Positions 15,755-33,335 of a DNA stretch of 64,000 bases are shown piece by piece. Location of the stretch: assembly GCF_009914755.1 (NCBI RefSeq), contig NC_060938.1; one strand, 5' to 3'. This stretch comes from the human T2T-CHM13v2.0 reference genome, Homo sapiens. The notes under the pieces were generated by a model, which saw only the letters and a list, made by a program, of their open reading frames with translations, did not search any database and was not told the DNA's origin. The position numbers were made by a program, and so were the translations under genes. Each line of letters begins with the position of its first letter. Within the stretch, counting starts at the first letter, position 1.

Positions 15755-16345
15755 CAGGGGTGTCCAATCTTTTGGCTACCCTGGGTGATATGTTTTCGCT
15801 GTATCCCCACCCAAATCTCATCTTGAATAGTAGCTCCCATAATCCCCACATGTCATGGGAGGGACCAGATGGGAGGTAATTGAATCATGAGGGCGAGTTT
15901 TTCCCATGCTGTTCTCATGATAGTGAATAAGTCTCATGAAATCTGATGGTTTTACAAAGGGCAGTTCTTCTGCACAGGCTCTCTGGCCTGTCGCCATGTA
16001 AGACGTGACTTTGCTTCTCCTTTGCCTTCCACCATGATTGCGAGGCCTCCCCAGCCATGTGGAACTGTGAGTCCATTAAACCTCTTTTTCTTTATAAATT
16101 ACCCAGTCTTTAGTATGTCTTTATTAGCAGCATGAGAATAGACTAATACGCTGAGCCACATTGGAAGAAGAAGAATTGTCTTAGGCCACGTATAAAATAT
16201 ACCAACACTAACGAGAGCTGATGAGCTCGAAAAAATTCACAAAAAATCTCATAAAGTTTTAAGAAAGTTTACAAATTTGTGTTGGGTCAATTCAAAGCCA
16301 TCCTGGGCCACATATGGCGTGTGGGCAGTGGGTTGGACAAGCTTG
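15755..16345 (+). mobile_element. MER30 hAT element split by a THE1 LTR
   Basis: CAGGGGTGTCCAATCTTTTGG...GGTTGGACAAGCTTG; 8-bp TSD ttcta(t/c)ag. Confidence 0.92.
15786..16150 (+). mobile_element. THE1 solo LTR
   Basis: TGATAT...GACTAATAC(G); TSD ctggg/ctgag. Confidence 0.92.
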
Positions 16346-16395
16346 TTCTACAGATTCCTGGAAATAGAAAACAAAAGTCCACATATACATATGCT

Positions 16396-16591
16396 CCAGT
16401 AATGTGGTGGAGCCATTTCCCACCAGATTGCAAGCTGCTCTTCCCACTGCCTTGTTCAGTGACTTCATCTTGGTAACTTGAAATCACTGGCTGTGGCAGG
16501 AGTATTTACACCACAGAAATAGGCAAATGATACAAATCAGGGCTTCTTCCTCCAGAGAGCTGATTACTAAACACTTTACCAGTGCACCACT
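16396..16591 (+). mobile_element. MER63A-like hAT element
   Basis: ggagtatttacaccacagaaataggcaaa..acaaatcagggc..ttaccagtgcaccact. Confidence 0.8.
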
Positions 16592-17222
16592 TCTTTGAGC
16601 AGTTTTGAGGGTGGAGAGAAGGTAAGCCCTTTTTAAATGAGGTTTGGGAACTTTAAGGAATGATATACAAATTAACTTTGATACCAGTAGAAAGCTTCCC
16701 AAGGGAGTACAGAGAGGCATCCCAGAGCCTCTAGCGAACAGATAAGCTGCGGAATGCAGAAAGCATTTGGCTCTGTTTTCTTTGCTTACCAGGGACTTTA
16801 GTACAGTTTGAGCCTTAAGGAAAAACAGTTCCAAATAGTTAGAAATGGGCTTTCTTGTTATTCTGCTGACTAGAAAGATACTGCCTAAGGCTCTTTGGAA
16901 AGTTAAGATGACAGGTGATGCCTTCTTCAGAAAGACAAATTTCTATGTAAAAATTCTCATGAATGGGATAGATATGTGCTGTCCAACAGGAATCAAAATG
17001 TTCTTTGTTCATGCCGCTAGACACATGCTGCTATGTAACCCTTGAAATGCAGGTAGTCTGAATTGAGATATGCTGTAAGGTAAAATACACACTGGATTTC
17101 CAAGACTTAAGAAAAAAAAAAGAATGTAAAATATCATATTAACATGTTCGTATTGATTACCTGTTGAAATGATCATCTTTTGTATATATTAATTATTAAA
17201 TAATATACATTATGAAAATTAA

Positions 17223-17553
<331 letters not shown>

Positions 17554-17591
17554 TAATGTGGCTCCTAGAAAATTTTAAATTACATGTGCAC

Positions 17592-17806
17592 AGCTCTGGG
17601 CAACATAGGAAAACCCCATATCTACAAAAAAAAATACAAAAATTAGCCAGGCACGGTGGCATGCGCCTATAGTCCCAGCTACTTGGGAGGTTAGGTGGGA
17701 GGGTCACTTGAGCCCAGAAGGTTAAGGCTGCAGTGAGTTGAGACTGTGCCACTGCACTCCAGCCTGGGCAACAGAGTGACACCTCGTCTCAAAAAAAAAA
17801 AAAAAA
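17592..17806 (+). mobile_element. AluJ, 5'-truncated
   Basis: TSD aaattacatgtg. Confidence 0.88.
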
Positions 17807-19876
17807 TTACATGTGTGGCACACACTATATTCTTATTAGGTATCACTGGGCTAGATCATGTCCAATAGAACTTTCTATCTATAGTGATCAAAATGTTCTA
17901 TATTTATGCTGTCCATCCAGGTAGCCACTGGACACATGCTGGTATTTAACCCTCGAAATGTGGGTAGTCTGAACTGAGATGTGCCATAAGGTAACACACA
18001 GCTACTTCGGAGGTTGAGGTGGGAGGACTGTATTCTGAATCAGGTGCTGGAGAAGGCAGAAGAGTATAGGGAATCAAAAGAGATGGGCAAGCTACAAACG
18101 CAGCTCAATTTTGCACAGCTCATAAGACAAATTTCATAATGCAATCTCTTCATCTACACTGAGGGTTAGAATGCCAGGAAAATGCATAACAAATGCCCAA
18201 CGTGTTGTATAGGCAGAGAGGACAACACACCCAAATATTTGAAACCATGAGCTGTAAATCTGAATCTCAAGCACAGTCTCTATTTCCCTCAAACCTTCTC
18301 CCTTGGGTAGATAGGATTATGACAGTGTTGAGAAGGTGCTCTGGAATTCTGTGAGAAACACGGGTCAAATTTTTAGTCCTGCTTCCAATATATATGTCCT
18401 CCTTCCAGCCCCAGCCAGAAAAAGAACAGTATTGTGCTTGAAAATTTATGTCAGATCACTACCCACCTTGAAATCCAGCACCTTTTTTCAGATGGAGAGC
18501 CATAAGGCATAGATTAAGGTATAAGCAGCCCCTGTAAATCAGAAGGATGGCTAAGCCTGGACAGGACTCAGATTTCATTATTTTAATTTCTGGTCTTCAG
18601 TTTCTCAAGGAGCTTTAAAAAAAGCAACACAATAATTCAAATACACTCAAGGTTGAAAATGTATTTTTTTTTTTTTTTTTTGCCCATTTCTCAGAGGTAG
18701 GCTTGGCTTCTGAAGCTGTCACCAAGGCATCTCATTGAGGGCAACTGCTGCAGCCAGTGGGAAAAAAAGGGTTTGTTTTCAACATTAAAAAAAAAAAAAA
18801 AAAGTGAAGGGAGGAAGAAATTCATTTTTTCTTCCAAACCTCCAAGCCTTCACTTGGAGGATACCCACTTCATTGGCATCTTCTGGGTTAAGGAGACAAA
18901 GGTCATGTTCTGATGAGAAGACTCAGATCGAGCATAAGTTAAGGAAGTTTCCACCACCCACGTCACCTGCAAAACCACCACGTAGGAAGCACACTGTGAA
19001 CCCCTGAGAGGGAGCGTGGCTGGTACATAAATCCTTGCTTTCTCTGCACGCTCCTTCTGGGACTTTTGCATTCACCGCAGAGAGTGGGAACTGTAAAAAT
19101 AGACTATATGTTTCTGAAGAAGTGAAAGACTTATTGCATAATGGTGGTAAACTGTGTCTACTAGAACAGAATGACTGTGCATGCAAACATAAAACTCAAA
19201 AAATAGCTACCATTCCAGACAAATTTATTTTTTTTAAATATTCAGCCTAAGGAAAAATATGTGGCTCTATGAGTGGAGTAAAAGCTTTGCTCCCTGACAT
19301 TGGGAAAGTGTAATGACATTAGGTAGTCCAAAAATCTGGCCAACATATCAGGCTAATTCACACTGACCTCTCCTCAGCTGTAAGTTTCAGGTTATTTCTC
19401 TCCTCTTTACTTCCTTTTCTCTTTGTAAGACCTACACAAAAATAGAAAGGAAATAATTTGGAAACAGAAAGTATCAATTTTTGCAGAAGCCCTGTAAGGC
19501 ACAAATCTACCACTTCCTTCCTTCCTTTTCATCCCTAGGAACAAGAAGAATGAGAAAAACATTCAGACAGACACAGCTGTCAAGTAGAAGAAGAGGCGTC
19601 TCCTCAGCCCTGGCCTTTGCTCCCTGCCTTCCCCTTTTCCCACTCTCCCTCTTGCGTTTCTGTGGGGACTCTGGATCACTGCTGAACCTGTTCTCCCTTA
19701 ATAACTTCTCAACTGTGGATTTGCCAATCCATACAACAAATATTTATTAAGCAACTAGAATGTGCAAGCCTGGGCTAGGTACTGGGGGATGGGAGACCAC
19801 GGCAAGTGAGAAAGAGAGACACAATGATAAACAAGACATGAGAACTTTCTTAAAGGAATTTAAAATCTAGCAAACA

Positions 19877-20191
<315 letters not shown>

Positions 20192-20853
20192 ATCTAGGGT
20201 TGATACACTGAGTGTATTAAGTGTTATGATAGTGTGTCATGAAACCTGAAAAATGTCCTTAGGAGAGGCCTTGTCTCAGAATGCCTGGAGGTCTCTGTGG
20301 GGTACGCCTAGTAGAAGCTGATGTGACTTTTGGGAAGCAGAAATTGTGAGGGAAATGAGACATATAAGATCATTGCCAATTCAGTGCTTCAGGTCAGAGT
20401 AGATGAGACAGATTGAGACTACCTGGCTTTTGGCCACATCCCTGAGTCTTAAGGGAAGAGGCCCAAATGGACAAAATCTTTCCATCAGTAGCCTGTCCAT
20501 TGGGTATCCAGTACCCAAGGTCTCATGGTTCCCTTGCTGGTAGAATGGTTTCCTTCTCTCTTTGGGTTATTTTTGGAGTCCATATGGACATGGCACTAAT
20601 ATAGTGTTTTAAGCAGCTGGACAGTCCAACCAGAAGTCGGATCAAAGAAGACATACGAGGGGACAATGTATGTCTGCCATTGTGACCATCAACAGCATCT
20701 TGGTGGCCTCAGAAGTTAGAAGCTCCTTTGAAAGGCTTCTCTTCAGAAGATGTTGGCAATCTCATCCTCACAGCAATGGGGGCATCACAGGTCGCTGAAC
20801 ATGAGGGAGGAAAATGAGACACACTAAAGGTAGGGTTTATGTGGATCAATGAG

Positions 20854-21466
20854 CCTGAGGTGCTTCATGGAGCCTGTGTTCATTTATGCTCCCAAGGTTT
20901 ATTGAGCATTACCTATGTGCTGGGCACTGGGCTAGATGCTGGACATACAATGACCAACCAGTCAGACACTAGCCGCTGCCCCAAATGTCTTTGGTCTGCT
21001 TGGGGCAAACAGAGGTTACTTATACTTGTATCAGTGATGACTTAATTGGTTAAGTCCTATAAAGGAAAAGTACAGGATTGAGAAAGCATAAAGGGGTGTT
21101 AAGGTAGTCTGAGGGGTTATAAAATGCTTCCCTGGGCAAAGGGAACTGGATGGAAATGTTCTCACAGTCGCAGGTATGGACAGGACTAGAGCATTTCTCT
21201 TTTTAGAGATGCTCTAAAAAGCATTAGAAATGCTCTAGTCCTGTCCTAGTCCTAGCTCTAGTCCTGTGATGGCTTTTGTGACTCTGTTATTACTCCACGT
21301 CTGCATGCCCTGGAAAACCTAGGTTACAAAATATATAAATAGAGAGCTGTGGGAACTCATGGGAAATTGACTTTCGAGACCTGGGAAGGCCCAGTGCCCA
21401 GCATATAGGTGAAGCCCAATAAACACTGGGATATACACGAACACAGGCTTCGTGAGGTGCCTCAGG
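20854..21466. repeat. Inverted duplication, arms 20854-20932 and 21389-21466
   Basis: About 64/79 identical by hand alignment; covers an L2 3' end plus its flank. Confidence 0.88.
21178..21246. repeat. Near-perfect palindrome (31-bp stem, 3-nt loop, 4-nt bulge)
   Basis: ggacaggactagagcatttct-ctttttagag-atg-ctctaaaaag-catt-agaaatgctctagtcctgtcc. Confidence 0.95.
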
Positions 21467-21516
21467 TTTGTTTTGGGGCAAGGAAAATATTTGGTGGTTT
21501 TGTAATTGGGCTTTGA

Positions 21517-23555
<2,039 letters not shown>

Positions 23556-24059
23556 CTTTTTTTGGTCACTATGATTCTATGAATTCTTTCACATTTTTAA
23601 ATAAGACATCGAATAAACCAGCATGGTCTTTGTCCTCTTGTCCTGTAAAAATGCTTGAGAGAATTTTCTTTCTAACCAGATGGTTGAAGTGAGGCGAGAT
23701 AGGGCAGAGAGCATTCCTGTTTGGGTAAGCCAAATAAATATCCCTTACATTAACGAATTTGATATTTATTCCATAGGAGATAAAAAGTTATCAAAAGCAT
23801 TTGAGCAGGGGTGTGATATAATCAGCTCTGTATTCTAGGAGAATTTCAATAGCAATGTGAAGGAAGGTTTAGACCATTCATACATGTTATTTCATCAAAA
23901 CTTACCCTCTTTTCTTTAATTAGTATAAGGGTGATATGTATTATAATATAATAGCTATCTAAGTATATGTAGTCACCAATAAAAGTTAATTTAATGAACT
24001 TTAGTTGAATGTGAACAGTTCCTAGAAATGTAATGACAACCTCCAAAAAAAACCCTGGC

Positions 24060-24324
24060 TTTATTTTGGAAATGGGGTCTTGTTCTGTTGCTGAGGCTGG
24101 AGTGCAGTGGTGTGATCATAGCTCACTGTAGCCTTGAACTCTTGGGCACAAATGATCCTCTTGTACCAGCCTCCTGAGTTACTGGGACTACAGCATGTGC
24201 CACCACACCAGACTAATTTTTTTTTCTTGGTAGAGACAGGGTCTCACTATGTCATCCAAGCTGGACTTCCCACCTCAACCTCCCAAAGTGTTGGCATCAC
24301 AGGTATGAGCCACTACACCTGGCC
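24060..24324 (-). mobile_element. AluJ
   Basis: TSD-like aaaac(c)ctggcttt. Confidence 0.88.
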
Positions 24325-24971
24325 CAAAACTGGCTTTCTTATGGAGGGTATTTCAAGTTCTAGGAGAAGGGAAAGAGGAGAAACCATTTTGGGGAAAAGA
24401 AAACATTTGCTGCCAAAGCCACCATCCAGTAAGTCAGTCTTTGCTCTTGCCATCCACATGCTTTTCCATGGCTACAGATCCCTCAGATAGATTTGCTTCT
24501 GTATGGGACAGTGTGTTCACTTGAAAATTTCCATTTAAAAATAACAAAAATAGATTTTTTTTTTCCTAGAACTTTTTCTGGGTTAAGTTTCTGGAAAACA
24601 CGGCTTTTCCTGTATTTAAATGAAGTTGCTATAACTGAATGCTTAGATGTGGCTCTCAATGCTTCCACATTTCACAGTTTTAACTGGGACTGTGACCACT
24701 CAGCACTGACATATACTTTGGGCAAGAATCTGTACAGCAGCTCTCTCAGTGAAGACTGAAAAATAGATTTCATTTCAGGGCTTCTCCCTGTTTAAATTGT
24801 TTGGATGTGTTGGCTCTTCTTGTTTCTTACTTTGTGAAACCTGCTTACCACTGCTACCTTTTTTCCTTTCCTTCTTTGAATATCTATTTCATTCTTTCAT
24901 GCAGTTGTTCATTTAGCAAATTTTGATTGAGTTATACCATACGTCAGTTACTGTCCTAAGGATAGAGGTAG

Positions 24972-25334
24972 TGTATTAGTCTGTTTTCATGCTGCTGATA
25001 AAGACATACCTGAGACTGGGGGTAATTTATAAAGGAAAGAGGTTTAATGGACTCACAGCTCTACATGGCTGGGGAGGTCTCACAATCATGGCAGAAGGTG
25101 AAAGGAACGTCTTACATGGCAGGCAAGAGAGAGAAATGAGAACCAAGCAGAAGGGGAAACCCCTTATAAAACCATCAGATCTCATGAGACTTATTCACTA
25201 CTACAAGAACAGTATGGGGGAAACTGCCCCGATGATTTGATTATCTCCCACTGGGTCCCTCCCACAACACATGGGAATAATGGGAGCTACAAGTTGAGAT
25301 GAGATTTGGATGGGGACACAACCAAACCATATCA
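24972..25334 (-). mobile_element. THE1 solo LTR inside an L2 fragment
   Basis: TGTATTAGTC...AAACCATATCA; TSD ggtag. Confidence 0.93.
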
Positions 25335-25995
25335 GGTAGGGAAGGGCCAGTACCTGTCATCAAGAGCTGTGCCGTCTCATGGGAAAGAGGATGTGATGGA
25401 GCCATGGACAGGCTGCCGAAGCTCAGAGGAATCAGGTTGGGGGGCAATTTTCAGAGGAAGTTGCATTGAGCTGGGTCTTAAAGATGAGTAGATGCTTTGG
25501 ATGTCAAGAGGAAGAGGGAATTCTAGGCAGAGGCAAGGAGACACATTTCCTCTCATCCCTTTCGGCCTCTTATCTCCCCCCATCCATAAATTCGATTTAT
25601 CTTTTTAAAAGTCAATCACCCAAAGTAGATACAGATGGAGGGGGGAAACACTAGAAAATAGCAAAAGAAAAATATTTTTGAACATGCTTTTGTCAAATGC
25701 TGAGAGTATATAATTCTCTGTGCACCTATAAAGACTATATGTGGGTGGAAGGTTGGGCCTTGTCTTTCTGTATCATGAGGAATTCCTGGACCTGCCATGA
25801 GTTTTCATTTCTCAATCCAGAAATTTTTGTATGTGTGCCCAATCGATGACCTGCCTCGGCAGTCATAACTTCTTTGTCCCACATCTTCCATGAATGCTTT
25901 GATTTACCATTCAAGGTATTGTTCATGTGATGGCGAAGACCTAATGGAAAGCATAAGGGAAATGGGCAGGCCGCAGGTAAGAAAATGGAGCTGCC

Positions 25996-26285
25996 GGCTA
26001 GGCTCAGTGGCTCACGCCTGTAATCCCAGCACTTTGAGAGGCCGAGGCTGGTGGATCACAAGGTCAGGAGTTCAAGACCAGCCTGGCCAAGATGGTGAAA
26101 CCCCGGCTCTACTAAAAATACAAAAATTAGCCGGGCGTGGTAGTGGGCGCTTGTAATCCCAGCTACTCGGGATGCTGTGGCAGAGAATTGCTTAAACCCA
26201 CAAGGCAGAGGTTGAAGTGAGCCGAGACCGCGCCACTGCACTCCAGCCTGGCGACAAAGCAAGACTCCGTCTCAAAAAAAAAAAA
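25996..26285 (+). mobile_element. AluS
   Basis: TSD aagaaaatgg(a/c)gctgc. Confidence 0.94.
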
Positions 26286-27006
26286 GAAAATGGCGCTGCT
26301 TTTCTCAGCACAATTCAACAACATACATATGCTCTAAAGCCATTAGAAAGATCAACTGGGTTTGAGGGAAGGTGTGGAGGGGTGTGGAGGGAAGGTAGAT
26401 GTTATTTTTGTAAAACGGGCAAGGCATTTACTGTTACTGAGTTCCAGAATTGATCCTGATGAGAATCCTGTGTCTAAGGCTCTTAGAACTGATGATAAAC
26501 CACACAGCACTTTAGGGAGTGACCAGCCATCGATTTGCATATGTGAGGCAACTTTGCTATCTAAAAATTTTTTTTGAAATACACTACTTCTGAGCTGTTT
26601 TCTTTAAAGAAACACTAACTGATATACATGGATAATTATTTTAAAATGCTTTAAAAAAAAAACAGTTGTGATGCTTTTCACCATCAGTCTATACTAAAAG
26701 ATTCATAGCCCACATTGATTTTTCTTCCCCCAAAGACATCTCAATTTTCAATAAGCCTTGAGGCCTCCCTCTTTCCATACAATCTGCTCCTTGCTTCCTC
26801 TGCTATCTCTGCCCTCTGGCCACCTTCCCAGACAGTCCATTTTCCAAACATGTATATTATTTTAAGGACGATAACTGGTTTGAGATATTTTATTGCTCAG
26901 TTCCTCTGTGAGGTTGTATTGCAGACATTTGGGGATAAACAGGCAATATTAGCCATCTCTGTATATGAATAGACCCGAACCTGCCCACGATAACTAACTA
27001 ACGTAG

Positions 27007-27782
<776 letters not shown>

Positions 27783-28109
27783 TGGGTTAGGCATTCTTGT
27801 TCCCCAATCCTAAACATCTAAACCATTTCAGAGAATTGATCTTGTTTCCTAACGTATCTGGTTGGAAAGCAATTCCTGCTAAGGTGTTAATAAAACAAAC
27901 AAATAAACCACAGTAAGTACAAAAATCAAAACTACCACCACAAAAAGTCTCCTAAAGGTATCTGCAATGTGATTCATTCATTCCCTCCACAAATGGCTGC
28001 TGAGTGCCTAAGGCGTGCCAGACATGGTGCTAATTAATGAAGATGAAACAATGAATGTTCAGAACTCAGTATGTTAACGCTACGATAGATTGCGTGAGAT
28101 GCTAGGCAA

Positions 28110-28340
28110 GCTAAAAAAACACAATCAAGCATTTTGTGCCAAGTTTTGTGTGTATTGTCTCATTTCCTTCTCCCAACAATCCTAAGAGGCAGATAGTATC
28201 ATTACTCTCATTATACAGAGGAGGAAATGAAGGTTAGGGAGGATACATAGGTTGCCCAAGGTCACATGGTTAGTACATGCTAGAACATGGACTTGAATCC
28301 TTACCTGGCTGACTCCAAATCCACGTGTCAAGCTTTAGCC
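28110..28340 (-). mobile_element. MIR
   Basis: cattatacagaggaggaaatgaagg..ttgcccaaggtcaca core. Confidence 0.75.
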
Positions 28341-29212
28341 AGGCTGTTTCCCTGCGTCCAGCAGAAGACACACTCAAAGTCAGTTCAGTGAAGAAAGGGA
28401 AGCACATTCCAGGTGGAAGGAACAGCATGTTGGAGGGTTCAGAGGCAAGAATCATGGCGTGTTCAAAGAACCCCATCTAGATCATATGGTTGAGAGCGAT
28501 CTAATGAAAGGAGTGACAGATCAAGGGCAAGCCTCGAGAATCCCAACATTTTAGGAATATAAGGGCAAAGAGGAGGAAGCAGGAAGGACAGACTTAGCAG
28601 ACTGAGGAAGGAAAACCTTCAAGCTGCCAGGGAGTGAAGGGTGGGATGTCGGGCACATGAATCCCAAGGTGCGGAAGAGATGTTTTAGAGCATCTTTTAG
28701 TGACTTACATAAAGATACACTGCATAGGTCACCATCTGTTTCTCTCACATCACCCAGTGAAAGGATTGACCATGGGTGAACTGGCTGATGGATGGAATCA
28801 CAAAATTGTAGAGATGGGCCGTGGGATCATTTCATTTAACCATCTAATTTTCCACAAGAGGAAATGGAGATCCAGAACTCTATGGTGGTTTTCCTAACAT
28901 TGCATAGCTGATTAAGAGTTGTGATTAGAATTCAGATAATCTGACTCTAGCTCAAAAGGAAACATTTCTGACATATATTTTTGCAAAGGACATGAACAGA
29001 CAATCCACAAAGGAAATGCGAAAGGCCAATAAAACATGAAAAAAATTGTTTAACTTCACTCATAATCAAAGAATCCACAATAGTATTGGGAAACAAACAC
29101 ACTTGTGTATTGCTGGGGGAAATCTAAATCGAATAATCTTTTGTGGAAGATATTTTGGCAATATGGAAGTGGCAATATAGTATAGTGATTAACAATATCA
29201 GCCTTGAAGTGA

Positions 29213-29552
<340 letters not shown>

Positions 29553-29646
29553 CACTCTCACTTATTAACCATTTTCTGGGCGCAAGTCTCAGTTTCCACT
29601 GGAAAGTGCATATATTAATAACACTTACCTCATAAATTTGTTGTGA

Positions 29647-29973
<327 letters not shown>

Positions 29974-30059
29974 TAAATGAGATTATTTTTATAAAGCATT
30001 TAGCACAGTGCCTAAAATATAGAGTCCAATAAATGGTATCCTCCTGATCATTATATATA

Positions 30060-30400
30060 AAAAGTTGTACAAATACTCACATTCGTGGGCCTGGCAATTT
30101 CATATCTTGGAATTTATCTTACAGAAATGATCAGAACCGAGCACAAAGATTTATATACATGGACATTCATCACAACATTATTTATAATAGTGAAAAACTG
30201 TAACCACAAATGCCCAACAATAGAGTGTGTAAATAAATGATGGTTCATCTGGTTGATGGAATACCATGTAGCCATTAAATATCATGCTGTAAAAGAACAC
30301 TTAATCATCTGAGAAAACATCCATATCAAGTGACAAAAGCAGGTTATACAGCAATACATAAGCATAATGCCAATTTTATAATAAAACATATATACATGCA
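30060..30400 (+). mobile_element. Old L1M (L1ME-like) fragment; related piece at ~28960-29160
   Basis: aaatgcccaacaatag..aaataaatgatgg..atggaatac. Confidence 0.65.
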
Positions 30401-30482
30401 TGTATTCTACACACACAGAAAAGAGTGAAAGGCAACTTGGTGGGAAGGAAAGAACTTTGACATAAATCCATGCTGGTCATAC

Positions 30483-30555
30483 AAATGCATGTCTATAGGA
30501 GACCCCTGTTCCCTGAATTGAGGAAAATCCAGTTCAGTGGATTGTGTTGTAAACT
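30483..30555 (-). other. Candidate exon (73 nt)
   Basis: Long pyrimidine tract ...ttttaatcttaatctttttacag| and TTT|gtatga donor. Confidence 0.3.
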
Positions 30556-30862
30556 CTGTAAAAAGATTAAGATTAAAAAAAGAATAAAAATCAGTTCCTT
30601 TTTCTGATATTATCAAAACTATATAAATATTTGAGTTTAACGAGCCATTCTCCACCTTTCAGGTTTGAAAAGATGTGAAAGGAAATTATATTTTACGATT
30701 GAAAATGTATCTTAGCATATTGGGACTTCTATATTTAACTTCTATTAACGCTTTTCAATGCCAGCATGAAAACATGTACCTTAGACAATCGTCCTCAGTG
30801 GTATTTCTTATGGGAAGCTGATTAGACTAAATAAAATAATGTAGCAAACTAAACAGGCAAAC

Positions 30863-30940
30863 CTCTGTGGATAAACACTGAAAAAGAATGTTAGAGTTGA
30901 TTTCTTTACTATTTTCTTCCATCAATATGTCTTAGGAAAC
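30863..30940 (-). other. Candidate exon (78 nt, one stop in phase 0)
   Basis: ttcctctgtag| acceptor, weak GAG|gtttgc donor; VS*DILMEENSKEINSNILFQCLSTE. Confidence 0.3.
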
Positions 30941-31182
30941 CTACAGAGGAATTATAGTACAAATGAGAAAAATAAAGAACACAAAGGAATAAGTGATCAT
31001 TTTTTCACCCATATGATTCCAAATAGTTCACTCTAATAGGCTTTGAAAAGAGTAGTTTGCATTCTCAGCTATAAATCACATATCTACTCTTTCTAGCTAT
31101 ATATTATTTGTGTAAGGTTTCGAACATACACGTCAAACAGGTCTTACAAATATAAAGAATCCAACATTATTGTGTTTTGGGG

Positions 31183-31374
31183 TTTTTATTTATTGATTTA
31201 TTTATTTTGGAGACAGGGTCTTGCTCTGTCACCCTGGCTGGAGTGCAGTGGCACAATCATGGTTCACTGCAGCCTCCACCACCCTAGCTCAAGCAATCCT
31301 CCTGTCTCAGCCTCCTGAATAGCTGGGACTACAGGTGCACACCACCATGCCCGGCTAATTTTGTTTATTTTTTG
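31183..31374 (-). mobile_element. Alu right monomer (AluJ/FRAM)
   Basis: Right arm only. Confidence 0.85.
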
Positions 31375-31782
31375 TGCTTTAATTTATAATATAATTAAAT
31401 TATAAATGTGTTCCTAATAACATGCTCTTGGACAAGTCACTTAACTTATCAAATCCTCAGTGTCTTCATTTATAAACATATAGTATTGAACACAATGATT
31501 TTTAAGATTCCTTCTAACTCTAAAACTATACAGCAAATTATGGCACAAAATTAAATTAAATTTTAAAAACTGTGCTTCTCCTGGGAAAGAAGTTGGCCTT
31601 ATTAAGAATTCATGTTGAAACCGTAGAAGTTATAAAATGTCTATGTTAGTATTTTCAATGTTAAAGAAACACATTTCTGAGTATTATAGTAATTTTAAAT
31701 CTGATTACCAGAACACCACAGATTAGTTACAATCAAGATTTAAATTATTCAAATGATAAGTATGCTAGGAAATTGTTTAAAA

Positions 31783-32130
<348 letters not shown>

Positions 32131-32423
32131 TAAATGCCTTTATACCTTGGTTTATATAATAACACTCTAGTTTTGAAAGATACTTTATAGTTTCAATGTA
32201 TATTTTTATGTAATGTCTCATATGAATATCATAACAAATCTATGAATGTAGGTTTATTTTTTTTATTTACAAAGATCACTATTTCTGTAATAATAAACTA
32301 TTTTCCCCAAGTAGTGTAGTTACTTGAGTAGGAGAGCCAGGACTGAAGACTAGATCTCAAACTCCAAAACACCTCCTGTTTCTGCTACATCACATTGCTT
32401 CCAAGGCCATAAGCCTCATTTAA

Positions 32424-32803
<380 letters not shown>

Positions 32804-33022
32804 CAACAATCATTTTTAAGGAGGCTTTTGTAAGATCAGTTGAAACTCCTTTAAACATTTTTAACTACATTTATATATTTGATGTATTAGATTTCCTTTT
32901 AACATAGCTCAGGTGTCTATCTTAACAACAATTTCAAAAATTTCCCAGGTATTTGTATTATTCTCATAAATCTAATAAAACATGTTGAATCACATATATA
33001 ATATGAATAATTTGTTACTATA

Positions 33023-33335
33023 GTCCGGGCGCGGTGGCCCATGACTATAATCCCAGCACTTTGGGAGGCGGAGGCGGGCTATTCACCTGAGGTCAGATGT
33101 TTGGGACCACCCTGGCTAACATGGCGAAAGCCCATCTCTACTAAAAATACAAAAAAATTAGGTGGGCATAGTGGTGGGCGCCTGTAATCCCAGCTACTTG
33201 GGAGGCTGAGGCAGAGAAAATTGCTTGAACTCGGGAGACGGAGGTTGCAGTGAGCCGAGATTGTGCTACTGCACTCTAGCCTGGGCGACAGACTGAGACT
33301 CTGTCTCAAAAAAATAAAAAATAAAAAATAAAAAA
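33023..33335 (+). mobile_element. AluS
   Basis: TSD aatttgttactata. Confidence 0.93.

Noticed and set aside
16557-16627. Plus-strand exon-like segment with strong AAG|gtaagc donor
   Set aside because: Acceptor lies inside MER63A, all frames are closed and no linked promoter is evident
18663-18803. Facing poly-T and poly-A tracts as a retrocopy or hairpin
   Set aside because: No TSD or recognisable insert; simple homopolymers
24600-25740. Further minus-strand acceptors (~24756, ~25730) with short protein-like translations
   Set aside because: Donors are ambiguous and such matches are common by chance; not listed as exons without conservation data
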